From assembly GCA_040880385.1 (NCBI GenBank), contig JBBDIN010000079.1, positions 1 through 32,583 of the forward strand: DNA of 32,583 bases, given 5' to 3'. The notes beneath the pieces are model-generated. The model had not been told where the DNA came from, did no database searches, and saw nothing but the letters and a program-made list of their open reading frames with translations. The translations under genes were made by a program, and so were the position numbers. This stretch comes from Thermodesulfobacteriota bacterium. Lineage in GTDB: Bacteria > Desulfobacterota_D > UBA1144 > Nemesobacterales > UBA2774. Positions within the stretch are counted from its first letter, which is position 1, and every line of letters begins with the position of its first letter. Shown here piece by piece: positions 18,517 through 27,293 of the stretch.

Positions 18517-19953
18517 TTAAAGCCAGTTTATGAGCTTCACATAAAATTTAATAATCTTTTGAAGCCATTGTGAAGATTCGAATTTTCTTCGAAAGGCAAG
18601 GTCCGATGTCTGTCTGTTTCCAAGCGCTAGAGTCGGATAGACGTGAATTGTGGAAGAAATATCCTTGACAGTCAACTTCTTTCTAATCGCTAATGAAAGC
18701 TCAGCAATCAATTCTCCAGCGTTAGGACCAATCAGGTGTGACCCGATTATCTTTCCTCTCCAGCCAGTTGTAATAATTTTTACAAAGCCCACTCCTTCTA
18801 CTTCGGTCAGCGCTCTATCAACATCAGCATATTCGTGTTTATAAACGCTATAATTAATTCCGCTTTCCCTTGCTTGAGCCTCAGTGATTCCTACATGGGC
18901 AACTTCTGGGTCTGTAAACGTAGTCCAGGGAACGATGGAGTAGTCCACCTTGGCATTTAGCTTCAGAAGAGCGTTTCTAATAACGATACCAGCCTGATAT
19001 TCGGCCATATGTGTAAAAAGATAAGGTCCTACAACATCTCCGCATGCCCAGATGTTTTTTGCAGTTGTTTTTAACCCACTATCCACGACTATCCCTTGAG
19101 AATTGTAATCGATACCCGCAGCTTCTAGGTTCAACTCTTCAATATTTGGTGAACGTCCAACAGCAATGAGAATCTCATCTGCCTCTATTAGTACATCCTT
19201 TCCATTTTTTTCTGCCAGAACTATCTTTTTGCCATTTTGGGCATTTATTTGTTTTACTCTCGTTCCTGTGAAAAATGTTATGCCCTTCTGTGATAAAAGC
19301 TGTTGTAATAATTTCGAAATATCTTCATCTTCAATGGGAAGAATGCGGTCTGACATTTCTATTACCGAAACATCGCAGCCGAATCTTGCAAATGCCTGAC
19401 TCATTTCCATTCCTATAGGACCAGCGCCTATTACTACCAATGTCTTCGGTAGTTTCTTTAGATGAAATACATCCACATGTGTGATAAAGCCCGTTTCCTT
19501 AAGCCCTTCAATTGGAGGAATCAGAGATTTTGACCCTGTGGATATAATGAATTTTTTACTCTTTATTTTCTTTCCATCTATTTCTACTTCTCTTGAAGAT
19601 ATAAATCTTGGCTTACCGAAAATTACATCCACCCCCATTTTTCTGAATCTTTCAGGATCATCATGTTCTTCTATTTTATGTATTACATCCCAAACATGGC
19701 TAATCACTTTTTCAAATTCAAAAGAGAGGGGAGTTTCATTTAGTCCGAATTCTTCAGCACGCTTGATAAGTGAAGCTACTTTTGCAGAGTGTAAAAGGGT
19801 CTTACTTGGCACGCATCCGTAATATAGACAGTCACCGCCAAGCTTCTCTTTCTCGATCAAAGCAACCTTAAGTCCAAGTTTTATAGAGCCTGTAGCGACC
19901 GTAAGCCCAGCTGCCCCACCCCCAATAACAACAATATCGTATGAATCTATCAT
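18517..19953 (-). CDS. Pyridine nucleotide-disulfide oxidoreductase (mercuric reductase / LPD-like; not true MerA)
   Basis: GGGAAG, GGDCLYYGCVPSK, GAGPIG, FTDPEVAHVG, HVYPT. No C-terminal Cys-Cys and no NmerA domain. Confidence 0.9.
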   Translation of the reverse strand: MIDSYDIVVIGGGAAGLTVATGSIKLGLKVALIEKEKLGGDCLYYGCVPSKTLLHSAKVASLIKRAEEFGLNETPLSFEFEKVISHVWDVIHKIEEHDDPERFRKMGVDVIFGKPRFISSREVEIDGKKIKSKKFIISTGSKSLIPPIEGLKETGFITHVDVFHLKKLPKTLVVIGAGPIGMEMSQAFARFGCDVSVIEMSDRILPIEDEDISKLLQQLLSQKGITFFTGTRVKQINAQNGKKIVLAEKNGKDVLIEADEILIAVGRSPNIEELNLEAAGIDYNSQGIVVDSGLKTTAKNIWACGDVVGPYLFTHMAEYQAGIVIRNALLKLNAKVDYSIVPWTTFTDPEVAHVGITEAQARESGINYSVYKHEYADVDRALTEVEGVGFVKIITTGWRGKIIGSHLIGPNAGELIAELSLAIRKKLTVKDISSTIHVYPTLALGNRQTSDLAFRRKFESSQWLQKIIKFYVKLINWL

Positions 19954-20126
19954 AGTCTCTCCAATTTAATTGGTTTATTATATTCAGATCTTTAGTTAAA
20001 AACGAGATTGAAATCAATTTTATCGAAGCGAGTTTAGTTTCAATTCTTTTTTATATGTATTAATCCTATAATATATATACAATAGAAGTTGTTCTATTCA
20101 TAATGCTTCATTAAACTACCAACACC

Positions 20127-20810
20127 ATGATTAGTATAGTAATTCCAACATATAATGAATCAGCAATTATAGGTAACACACTTACAAAACTTAGTGAAAT
20201 CACAACATCACAAGATGAAATTATAGTTGTTGACGGCTCGAGCGAGGACAATACAAGAGAGATTGTGAGAGAATTTTCCAATGTAATACTAATTATTTCT
20301 CCCACGGGCCGGGCATCTCAGATGAACGCAGGAGCCCGGATAGCAAAAAGGAAATGTATACTTTTTCTACATGCCGATGTGCAAATAGATGAAATGTGCT
20401 TGACCATGCTAAAGAATCAAATCTGCGGAAACGGAGTTAAATGGGGATGGTTCGCGTTCACACTCAATTCTCCGAAATTTATTTATAGAGTGATAGAAAA
20501 GGGAGCGAATCTCAGAAATAGGCTCACGGGTATTCCCCTTGGCGATCACTGCATATTTGCTATGAGAGATATATTTGACCTAGCAGGAGGGTTTCCCGAT
20601 ATTCCAATCATGGAAGATTTAGAATTCGTGAAAAAATTGAACATTGTTACGAACGGAATTGAGATCAAATCGCAGGTTAAAATAAGTGTCCGCCGTTTTG
20701 AGCATTCCGGAATTATTAGAACTTTATCCACCATGTGGGTTATTAAAATTCTTTATTATTGTGGAGTATCTCCTGAAAGACTTGCAAAATATTACAGAAA
20801 GATTAGATAG
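20127..20810 (+). CDS. GT2 glycosyltransferase, TIGR04283-like
   Basis: ISIVIPTYNE, VVDGSSED, GRASQMNAGA, LFLHAD, PLGDH, GGFPDIPIMEDLE, SVRRF, ERLAKYY. Confidence 0.85.
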   Translation: MISIVIPTYNESAIIGNTLTKLSEITTSQDEIIVVDGSSEDNTREIVREFSNVILIISPTGRASQMNAGARIAKRKCILFLHADVQIDEMCLTMLKNQICGNGVKWGWFAFTLNSPKFIYRVIEKGANLRNRLTGIPLGDHCIFAMRDIFDLAGGFPDIPIMEDLEFVKKLNIVTNGIEIKSQVKISVRRFEHSGIIRTLSTMWVIKILYYCGVSPERLAKYYRKIR

Positions 20811-20943
20811 GTAATTTTATCTCTCAGATTTTTTCAAACAAACAATCAAGAACCCAAGAAACGCTTTGAAGTATCTCCTTCCGATCTACTCACAACAAAT
20901 TGCCAACGCGTTATTTTTAATCAGGGGAAATATATGGTTTCTT

Positions 20944-20989
20944 TGACCTTCTCCCTGAGAACTGGACCAGTTAAAAGTAGAGAAGGTCA
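20944..20989. mobile_element. 46-bp IS3-end-derived mini-element / scar
   Basis: 35 of 41 nt match 14896-14936. Bounded by a perfect 10-bp inverted repeat TGACCTTCTC/GAGAAGGTCA. Confidence 0.6.
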
Positions 20990-21006
20990 ACCAATAGAGC
21001 ACACAG

Positions 21007-21038
21007 AAGAAAGGGGGCCGAAAGGCCCCTTTCTTTTT
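21007..21038 (+). terminator. Intrinsic terminator (possibly bidirectional)
   Basis: AAGAAAGGGGGCC-GAAA-GGCCCCTTTCTTTTT. Confidence 0.8.
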
Positions 21039-21152
21039 GTCAAAGAATAGGCAGAATCACATGAAATTATTAGTCCTTATATGAACTATATGTAACTACA
21101 TGCACGAGATAATTAACCCCTAAATTCAGTAACTTAAGCCAATTTTCAATAA

Positions 21153-21165
21153 AATCAACAACTTA
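21153..21165 (+). promoter_or_regulatory. IHF consensus site in att arm
   Basis: AATCAACAACTTA is an exact match to WATCAANNNNTTR. A near match, ATTCAGTAACTTA, lies at 21124-21136. Confidence 0.55.
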
Positions 21166-21181
21166 CAATTTTAGCCTGAAA

Positions 21182-21227
21182 AGGATTGAAAATCCTCGTG
21201 TCGGCAGTTCGATTCTGTCTCCGGGCA
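21182..21227 (+). repeat. tRNA-Phe(GAA) 3' half; att site (attR-like) of an integrated element
   Basis: AGGATTGAAAATCCT anticodon arm, CGTGTC, GGCAGTTCGATTCTGTC T-arm and TCCGGGCA acceptor 3' strand. No D-arm or 5' acceptor strand upstream. Confidence 0.88.
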
Positions 21228-21312
21228 TTCTATCCCCTAACTACTCTAATATACTAATATTTTTGTTTTGCTAATGGACATTGTAACTAGGATGTTATAT
21301 AATTCATTAAGC

Positions 21313-23055
21313 ATGACTAAGCCTGATCTCTATAAAAAACAGTTTGAAGATCGAGAGGCATACACTCAGAAGATCATCCAATCAACTGCTAGATATAAGA
21401 TAATTGTTGCAGGACCGGGTACTGGAAAGAGTTATACATTCAAAAAATTACTTGAATCTAAAGACAATGATAACCTTGCCTTAACTTTCATTAATAACTT
21501 GGCCACAGATTTACAAAACGAACTCGGAGATTTTGCCAAATCTTATACTTTTCATGGATATTGCAAAAAACTTCTTCATAGAATTTCAGTTGAAGGAATA
21601 GATACAAACTTCCAGTATTTCCCTAAACTCCCGCTTTTAGTGATTTCAGATTCACAATATCTTGAAACAAATCTAGATGAATTTGATGAGGCCTTTAATA
21701 ATCTTTTGGATGACGAAAGGATAAGCTTTTTTATAGAGCGTGGAGATTATTATAATTCAGTAGGTCATTATGATGCTGTTTATAGAGTTCTAAGATATTT
21801 TCAACACGAATATGTGACAGTCCCTTCTTTTAGTCAGGTAGTTGTAGACGAATATCAAGACTTTAATTCTCTAGAAGTCGCATTTATTGATGAAATAGCA
21901 GAATCAAGTCCAGTATTAATTGCAGGAGATGATGATCAAGCGGTATATGCTTTTAGACATGCTTCTCCGAAGTATGTTCGAGAAAAAGCAATACATCAGG
22001 ATTTCGTTAAGTTTGACTTGCCGTATTGTAGTCGATGTCCCCAAGTTATAGTTGATGCAGTGTGCGATATTACGACTAAAGCACAGTCAATAAATAAATT
22101 GCAAGATAGAATTGACAAACCATATATATGTTTTTTGCCTGATAAAGAAACTGATAGTACCAATAATCCAAAGATTATCCATGCAAGATGTTCGGTACAA
22201 ACGCTACGGGCCCCTTATATCTCAAAATTCATTGAAAAAGAAATTAAAGAGATACCACAAGAGGAAATCGATCATGCCAGAAAAAAGGGCTATCCCTGTG
22301 TTCTGATTCTTGGACCAAAACACTATGCGAAACAAATTAATAATTACTTAAAGAAAAGTTTTAAAAACATTGATTATAAGGAAAACCAGAAAAATGAGAT
22401 TGATATTGTTGATGGTTACAAATTATTAATTAACAACAAAGAGTCAAATTTGGGTTGGAGAATAATTTTAAAATGCACTGATTACCCAATGATAGAAGAA
22501 GCTATACAAGAAACTCACAAATCGAATGCACCTCTATTTAATATTATTGAGGAGACATTTAGGAATGATCACCTAGGTATTGTCTCTGCTTTAGAAATAA
22601 TAAAAGCGGGTAACGAAGTCTCAGAAGAGATTCAACAGAAAGTTTCTACTTATTGTAAACACACAAAAGGTATTGAAAGTTTAATGGAAATCTTCTCTGT
22701 TGATGATAATGCAGATCAAATAGTGGTAGATCAAGATGAAGATACAAGTGTTTCCATTAAAATTACTACATTGAATGGTTCGAAAGGATTATCGGCTAAT
22801 TATGTCTTTATTGTTGGGATGAATAATACAGGGGGGGGACTTTCAGGATTCCCCTCTAATAGTACAGATCCAAGTGATAACGAAATATGCCAATTAATTG
22901 TAGGCATTACAAGAACTAGAAAAAAGTGTTACTTAATAAGCAATTCTCGCTTTGCGGATTTTAGTAGAATAAAAAAATCAGTTTTTATTGATTGGATTGA
23001 TCCATCAAAAATAGACGATATTGAGGTTAACAAGGACTACTTTAAGAATATTTAA
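21313..23055 (+). CDS. UvrD/Rep-like SF1 helicase/ATPase, short and divergent
   Basis: AGPGTGKS, TFHGYC, VDEYQD, AGDDDQAVYAFR, SKGLS, VGITRT. Start uncertain (21268-21313). Confidence 0.85.
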   Translation: MTKPDLYKKQFEDREAYTQKIIQSTARYKIIVAGPGTGKSYTFKKLLESKDNDNLALTFINNLATDLQNELGDFAKSYTFHGYCKKLLHRISVEGIDTNFQYFPKLPLLVISDSQYLETNLDEFDEAFNNLLDDERISFFIERGDYYNSVGHYDAVYRVLRYFQHEYVTVPSFSQVVVDEYQDFNSLEVAFIDEIAESSPVLIAGDDDQAVYAFRHASPKYVREKAIHQDFVKFDLPYCSRCPQVIVDAVCDITTKAQSINKLQDRIDKPYICFLPDKETDSTNNPKIIHARCSVQTLRAPYISKFIEKEIKEIPQEEIDHARKKGYPCVLILGPKHYAKQINNYLKKSFKNIDYKENQKNEIDIVDGYKLLINNKESNLGWRIILKCTDYPMIEEAIQETHKSNAPLFNIIEETFRNDHLGIVSALEIIKAGNEVSEEIQQKVSTYCKHTKGIESLMEIFSVDDNADQIVVDQDEDTSVSIKITTLNGSKGLSANYVFIVGMNNTGGGLSGFPSNSTDPSDNEICQLIVGITRTRKKCYLISNSRFADFSRIKKSVFIDWIDPSKIDDIEVNKDYFKNI

Positions 23056-23227
23056 CTATGCCAATCAGCTTTTCGTGAAAAATATTAAAACCAAATATTA
23101 CTTCTTGAAATTATTATAAATTTTCTCCAAATTAGAGTTGCTATTTGGTCTGGTTATGGTGTAAACTTATATGAAATAATTGAAATATTTGGGGTTGGAG
23201 AATATAGAACGCTGGAGGTATTAATAT

Positions 23228-23644
23228 ATGAGGTTCGGTGATTATTTAAAGAGCAAAAGGAAGCAGAGGAATATTACCCAGGAAGAGCTTGCTCGCAGCC
23301 TAGAAGTATCAAGTGTTTTTGTGCATCAGCTTGAGACAGGGAAAGTGGATGCCCCATCAATAGATAGGTGTCATCAAATGGCTGTAATCTTGGAAATAGA
23401 GATTGAAGAGTTATGGAATGTTGCAAAGAGGGAACGTCTTAAAAGGTTTATGGAGAAAGAAGATATCGAGCAGGATAGCTTCGAGGTCCTGACAGATTCT
23501 GAAAAGGCTTTGATAAACCTTTATAGAAGTTTAGACAATGATATGAGACGGGATTTTGGCGGCATGATATTTATGCTGCTAAGACATACAAAAGACCAAG
23601 GGGTCCAGGAGATACTCGAAGAATTCATGAAAAAATGCGCTTAA
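23228..23644 (+). CDS. XRE/Cro-family HTH regulator
   Basis: FGDYLKSKRKQRNITQEELARSLEVSSVFVHQLETGK. SD GGAGGT. Confidence 0.88.
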   Translation: MRFGDYLKSKRKQRNITQEELARSLEVSSVFVHQLETGKVDAPSIDRCHQMAVILEIEIEELWNVAKRERLKRFMEKEDIEQDSFEVLTDSEKALINLYRSLDNDMRRDFGGMIFMLLRHTKDQGVQEILEEFMKKCA

Positions 23645-24378
23645 CGAATAATCTTTCATTTATCTTTAAAGCAATTGGTATAGAGATCTGTATTCTTGCT
23701 CTCATTGGACTGGTGTTTCTTTTTCAGTTCAACAGGGCAAAGACTGAGTTCGTCTCTAAAACAAGGGCTATATCTGAGACTATTGGTGATCTCGCTATGG
23801 ATTTTTATACCGAAGAAGGAATAGAGCCTACGAGTGGAGATTTTTATATGTTCCTTGATAAGAGACTAGGAAGAAAGAAACTCTTTAATACCTTTGAGAT
23901 ATCTCCAAAGTTCTTCAGCGTGGTTTTTAATAAAGAAGGGTTTTTGGCTAACGACTATTATATGGAGGGAGGTTATTCCGTCAAAGATTCAAACGGAATA
24001 TTATCGGTGCTTGTGCCTTTTTCCGGAACTGATCAAAGCGAGCATTTAGGGATTGTAAAAATTGATTCTGATACTAAGGCCATATTGAAGAAGGTTTTTG
24101 CGAATAATTATCTTCTATATGCAGCAATGTTAATCGTTCTCAATAACCAGGCCTTTATTTTCTATCTTTTAATGAGAAAGAAGAGAGAAGTTGTTTTTGA
24201 GAAGGGATACCTTAAGGAGCATTCCGTTGGGGCCCTTAAGATCATGCATAAGGTCTTGGGTGATATAATTGAGGACCATCAGTCTGAATTTGAGCCTGAC
24301 GATAGTAAGAGAAAGGTACTAGATGAAGATAAGAATGTAATATCTATATCCGATTTGGCGGATAAGAGAAAAGGATGA
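23635..24378 (+). CDS. Two-TM membrane protein with extracytoplasmic domain, unknown function
   Basis: TMs near residues 10-32 and 158-180, short cytoplasmic tail. Overlaps the XRE stop. Confidence 0.75.
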   Translation: MRLTNNLSFIFKAIGIEICILALIGLVFLFQFNRAKTEFVSKTRAISETIGDLAMDFYTEEGIEPTSGDFYMFLDKRLGRKKLFNTFEISPKFFSVVFNKEGFLANDYYMEGGYSVKDSNGILSVLVPFSGTDQSEHLGIVKIDSDTKAILKKVFANNYLLYAAMLIVLNNQAFIFYLLMRKKREVVFEKGYLKEHSVGALKIMHKVLGDIIEDHQSEFEPDDSKRKVLDEDKNVISISDLADKRKG

Positions 24379-24743
24379 AAAAATATTTTTTAATAATATT
24401 TGCAATTATGTTCTTTGCTTGGGGATGCGACTCTCCCGAGGATAACGGAGTTGTAGGATTGGACGGCCCTATCTTAGAGAGCATAAATAGCAACGGCATG
24501 CTGGAATTTAACGGCGCTGTGATTAACAACGGAGATGCTCCGGTACAATCTGTATATGTTGTAATAGTGCTCAAAGATGCGGATGGAAACATTATCGAAG
24601 CTAATTCTATATCCCTTTTTGAAGAGGGGAGCGATGCCTTACTTTACCCCATGGAAAGAGAGTTCTTTAATGTGTCTCTAACAACCGATTCAAATAGGGT
24701 TTTTTCTAAAGACGTTGAGATTTACTATGAAGATCCGCTTTAA
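24375..24743 (+). CDS. Lipoprotein with FxLYD-like domain
   Basis: Lipobox FAWG-C. GAVINNGDAPVQSVYVVIVLKDADGNII. ATGA overlap. Confidence 0.75.
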   Translation: MKKYFLIIFAIMFFAWGCDSPEDNGVVGLDGPILESINSNGMLEFNGAVINNGDAPVQSVYVVIVLKDADGNIIEANSISLFEEGSDALLYPMEREFFNVSLTTDSNRVFSKDVEIYYEDPL

Positions 24744-25003
24744 TAGAAACTTTATCTTATAACCCCTCATAATTTTCCTTCTTTGTTGTAGTTGTTTTCT
24801 CCTCTATTGTACAATTTCACCTGCTTCATGTGTATTTTTAATAATCCATAAGGATAGTTACTTGCAAAAGCTCGTAATAGTATAAAAAACTGAAGATAAC
24901 CAGTAATTAACAGATATACTTAAATGAGTAATATGGGTCGTAAGAAAGAGCAAAATTAAAAAATTGGCGGCTAAATGCTAGTAGTTAGTAAGAGGAGCAG
25001 AGC

Positions 25004-26041
25004 TTGTTATTAGGTAAAGGCGGTGTTTTGGGCATAGATATTGGCTCAAACTCAATTAAGCTCGTAGAGCTTGAAGAAATAGGGACTACTTATCATCTAA
25101 AGAATCTCGGAGAAGCTCCTTTAGTTCAGGGAGCTATCATCAATAAATCTATCAAGAATCCTGAAGCAATCTCCTATGCATTGTCTAGATTAATTGATGA
25201 TCTGGAAATTGAGACGGATGATGCAGCGGTTTCAATCTCAGGGGAGCCTGTATTGTTAAGGAGGGTTAGTCTGCCCCAAATGTCTGATGCGGAGTTAAAA
25301 AAGTCTATTAAATGGGAAATAGAACAGTTTAGCACTCAAGCTGCTAAGGACTATACACATGACTACCAGGTAATATCGGCTCAAAATTCTCATGATAAAA
25401 TTGATGTCTTAATAGTAGGGGCCAATAAGAATGTTACTAAGGATTATCTCTCGATAATTACAAATGTGGGGTTAAACCCCGTGGTTATTGATCTTGATGT
25501 ATTCTCGCTAGAAAGCATGTATGAAGTAAATTACCCCGAATCACAAGGACTACTTGCATTAGTTAATATCGGCGCCTCCGTTACAAACATACTCATTATT
25601 GATAATGGGGAATCCGTATTTGCAAGGGATTTGCTTACCGCAGGGAGCCGCTATACCGATATGATTATGAAGGAGCTGAGCTTGACTTATGAAGAGGCGG
25701 AAGAAGTTAAACATAATCAAAGGGTAGGGGTAACTGATCCCGCAATTGAGCTGCTCTCAAATAATTTTATAAGTTCTATCTCTAATGAGATAAAACAAAC
25801 TCTTGATTATTTCTCAGCCGCACATTGCAACGAAAAGGTAAAGCGAATAATGATTGGAGGCGGAGCGGCTAGTTTGCCGGGACTCAAAGATGCCCTGTCT
25901 GAAATTACCGGGTCCTATGTAGGCATTCTGAACCCATTTAGAAATATTAACTACAGTGAAAATACCTTTGACCCTGAATATATTCAGGATATATCTCCAA
26001 AAATGATTGTGGCTACCGGTCTCGCTTTGAGAAAACCTTAG
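25004..26041 (+). CDS. pilM: Type IV pilus assembly protein PilM
   Basis: GIDIGSNSIKLVEL, ALVNIGASVTNI, IGGGAASLPGL, NPFRNI, VATGLALR. TTG start after GAGGAG. Confidence 0.9.
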   Translation: MLLGKGGVLGIDIGSNSIKLVELEEIGTTYHLKNLGEAPLVQGAIINKSIKNPEAISYALSRLIDDLEIETDDAAVSISGEPVLLRRVSLPQMSDAELKKSIKWEIEQFSTQAAKDYTHDYQVISAQNSHDKIDVLIVGANKNVTKDYLSIITNVGLNPVVIDLDVFSLESMYEVNYPESQGLLALVNIGASVTNILIIDNGESVFARDLLTAGSRYTDMIMKELSLTYEEAEEVKHNQRVGVTDPAIELLSNNFISSISNEIKQTLDYFSAAHCNEKVKRIMIGGGAASLPGLKDALSEITGSYVGILNPFRNINYSENTFDPEYIQDISPKMIVATGLALRKP

Positions 26042-26191
26042 TAGATAAATTCTCTACTTCAAATGAATTAAATCTTGAACTCTTTTGTTATATTAAAATA
26101 AGACAGCCTTGAGGAAAATTGAGGGAATGCTATCCTAAGTCCTCTGTATTAAATTCAAACGGATATATTTAATTGAGATAGGCTTATAATT

Positions 26192-26830
26192 ATGAAGTGT
26201 ATATTATGTGACAAAAGAAAGCCCAAGAGATATTGTCCGGCTAAAAGGACCTCAATTTGCACTGTTTGCTGTGGTGAAAAAAGAGGGGTAGAGATTAACT
26301 GTCCTCTGGATTGCCAATATTATGTAGAAGGTCAGAAGCAACACCAGCAAAAAATGATGCAACAGAGGATTAAGAAAGAAGGGGCCAGGAGCTATGTTCG
26401 CAGGGCAGAGCTGTATAAAAACAACCCTGAGCTCTTTGCATACCTGGAAAAAGGATTTGTAGACATATTCAGGGCCGATAAAAGTCTAACAAATAAAGAC
26501 TTAGTATCTGGGTTAGATCTGGCTATGAAAACTCTTGAGACGGAGAAAAAAGGACTTTTGTATCAGCATCAAAGCGGTAACCAATATGCAGATGAAATTT
26601 CAAACCATGTTTTGAGTATAGTAAGTCATTTTAAAGACGATCCTGAGATTGGACCTAATAGAATTACTATTGATTTTGGGATTATGGTCGTAAAAGAGTT
26701 TTTAGATGAAGCTACTTTTTATATGGACAATGATGTCAATCCTAAGAGTTATCTAATCCACCTTATGAGATATCATCCGGAGGAGGAAATCCCGGCTCAA
26801 TCGGATAGTAAGTTGATAATATCACCCTAA
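26192..26830 (+). CDS. Hypothetical protein with Cys-rich N-terminal (zinc-finger-like) domain
   Basis: 8 Cys in the first 41 aa (CxxC..C..CxxCC..CxxxC). Confidence 0.8.
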   Translation: MKCILCDKRKPKRYCPAKRTSICTVCCGEKRGVEINCPLDCQYYVEGQKQHQQKMMQQRIKKEGARSYVRRAELYKNNPELFAYLEKGFVDIFRADKSLTNKDLVSGLDLAMKTLETEKKGLLYQHQSGNQYADEISNHVLSIVSHFKDDPEIGPNRITIDFGIMVVKEFLDEATFYMDNDVNPKSYLIHLMRYHPEEEIPAQSDSKLIISP

Positions 26831-26852
26831 TACAAAGCCGGAAGCGAAACCG

Positions 26853-27044
26853 CTATTTTTTGGAGTTGCCCGAAGGTACCGTATTGATAATAGCCGAAAT
26901 GATAACGGCTATAACCGCAACTACTGCAAGATATTTAAAATAGGGATCCCAGTCTATTGAGATTCCCAGATATAAACCGATTCCTACAAAAGTAAACAGT
27001 ATGAGGCAAACTAATATCGCGCCTGGAATATTTTTCTTTAACAC
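26853..27044 (-). CDS. Small two-TM membrane protein (63 aa)
   Basis: GTG start with strong SD AGGAGG. Two hydrophobic helices. Confidence 0.65.
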   Translation of the reverse strand: MLKKNIPGAILVCLILFTFVGIGLYLGISIDWDPYFKYLAVVAVIAVIISAIINTVPSGNSKK

Positions 27045-27293
27045 TGAGATTATTCCTCCTAATTAGAAAACCTAAAATCTATAAGGCAAGGAAATTCTAT
27101 CTGAATTACTCTGAAGATTCAAATTTCACAATAAAAAATTACCTAAGTAACTGACCTTTCTTAAAAAGCGGTAGATTGAATTTATTGCTTAATCACTGTA
27201 AACTTTAACATTATTAATATTTGTTCTGTCTTTGTTTATATTCCCTATTGTGTAATTTGTCTTTTATGGTGGCTTTTTCTTCTGTGATTATTT

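Noticed and set aside
18517-19953. merA mercury resistance
   Set aside because: Lacks the C-terminal Cys-Cys pair and NmerA domain, and no merR/T/P nearby.
21150-21230. Intact tRNA-Phe gene
   Set aside because: No 5' acceptor strand or D-arm upstream of the anticodon stem, so it is treated as an att fragment.
21313-23055. Complete Gabija system
   Set aside because: No OLD/TOPRIM GajA gene adjacent.
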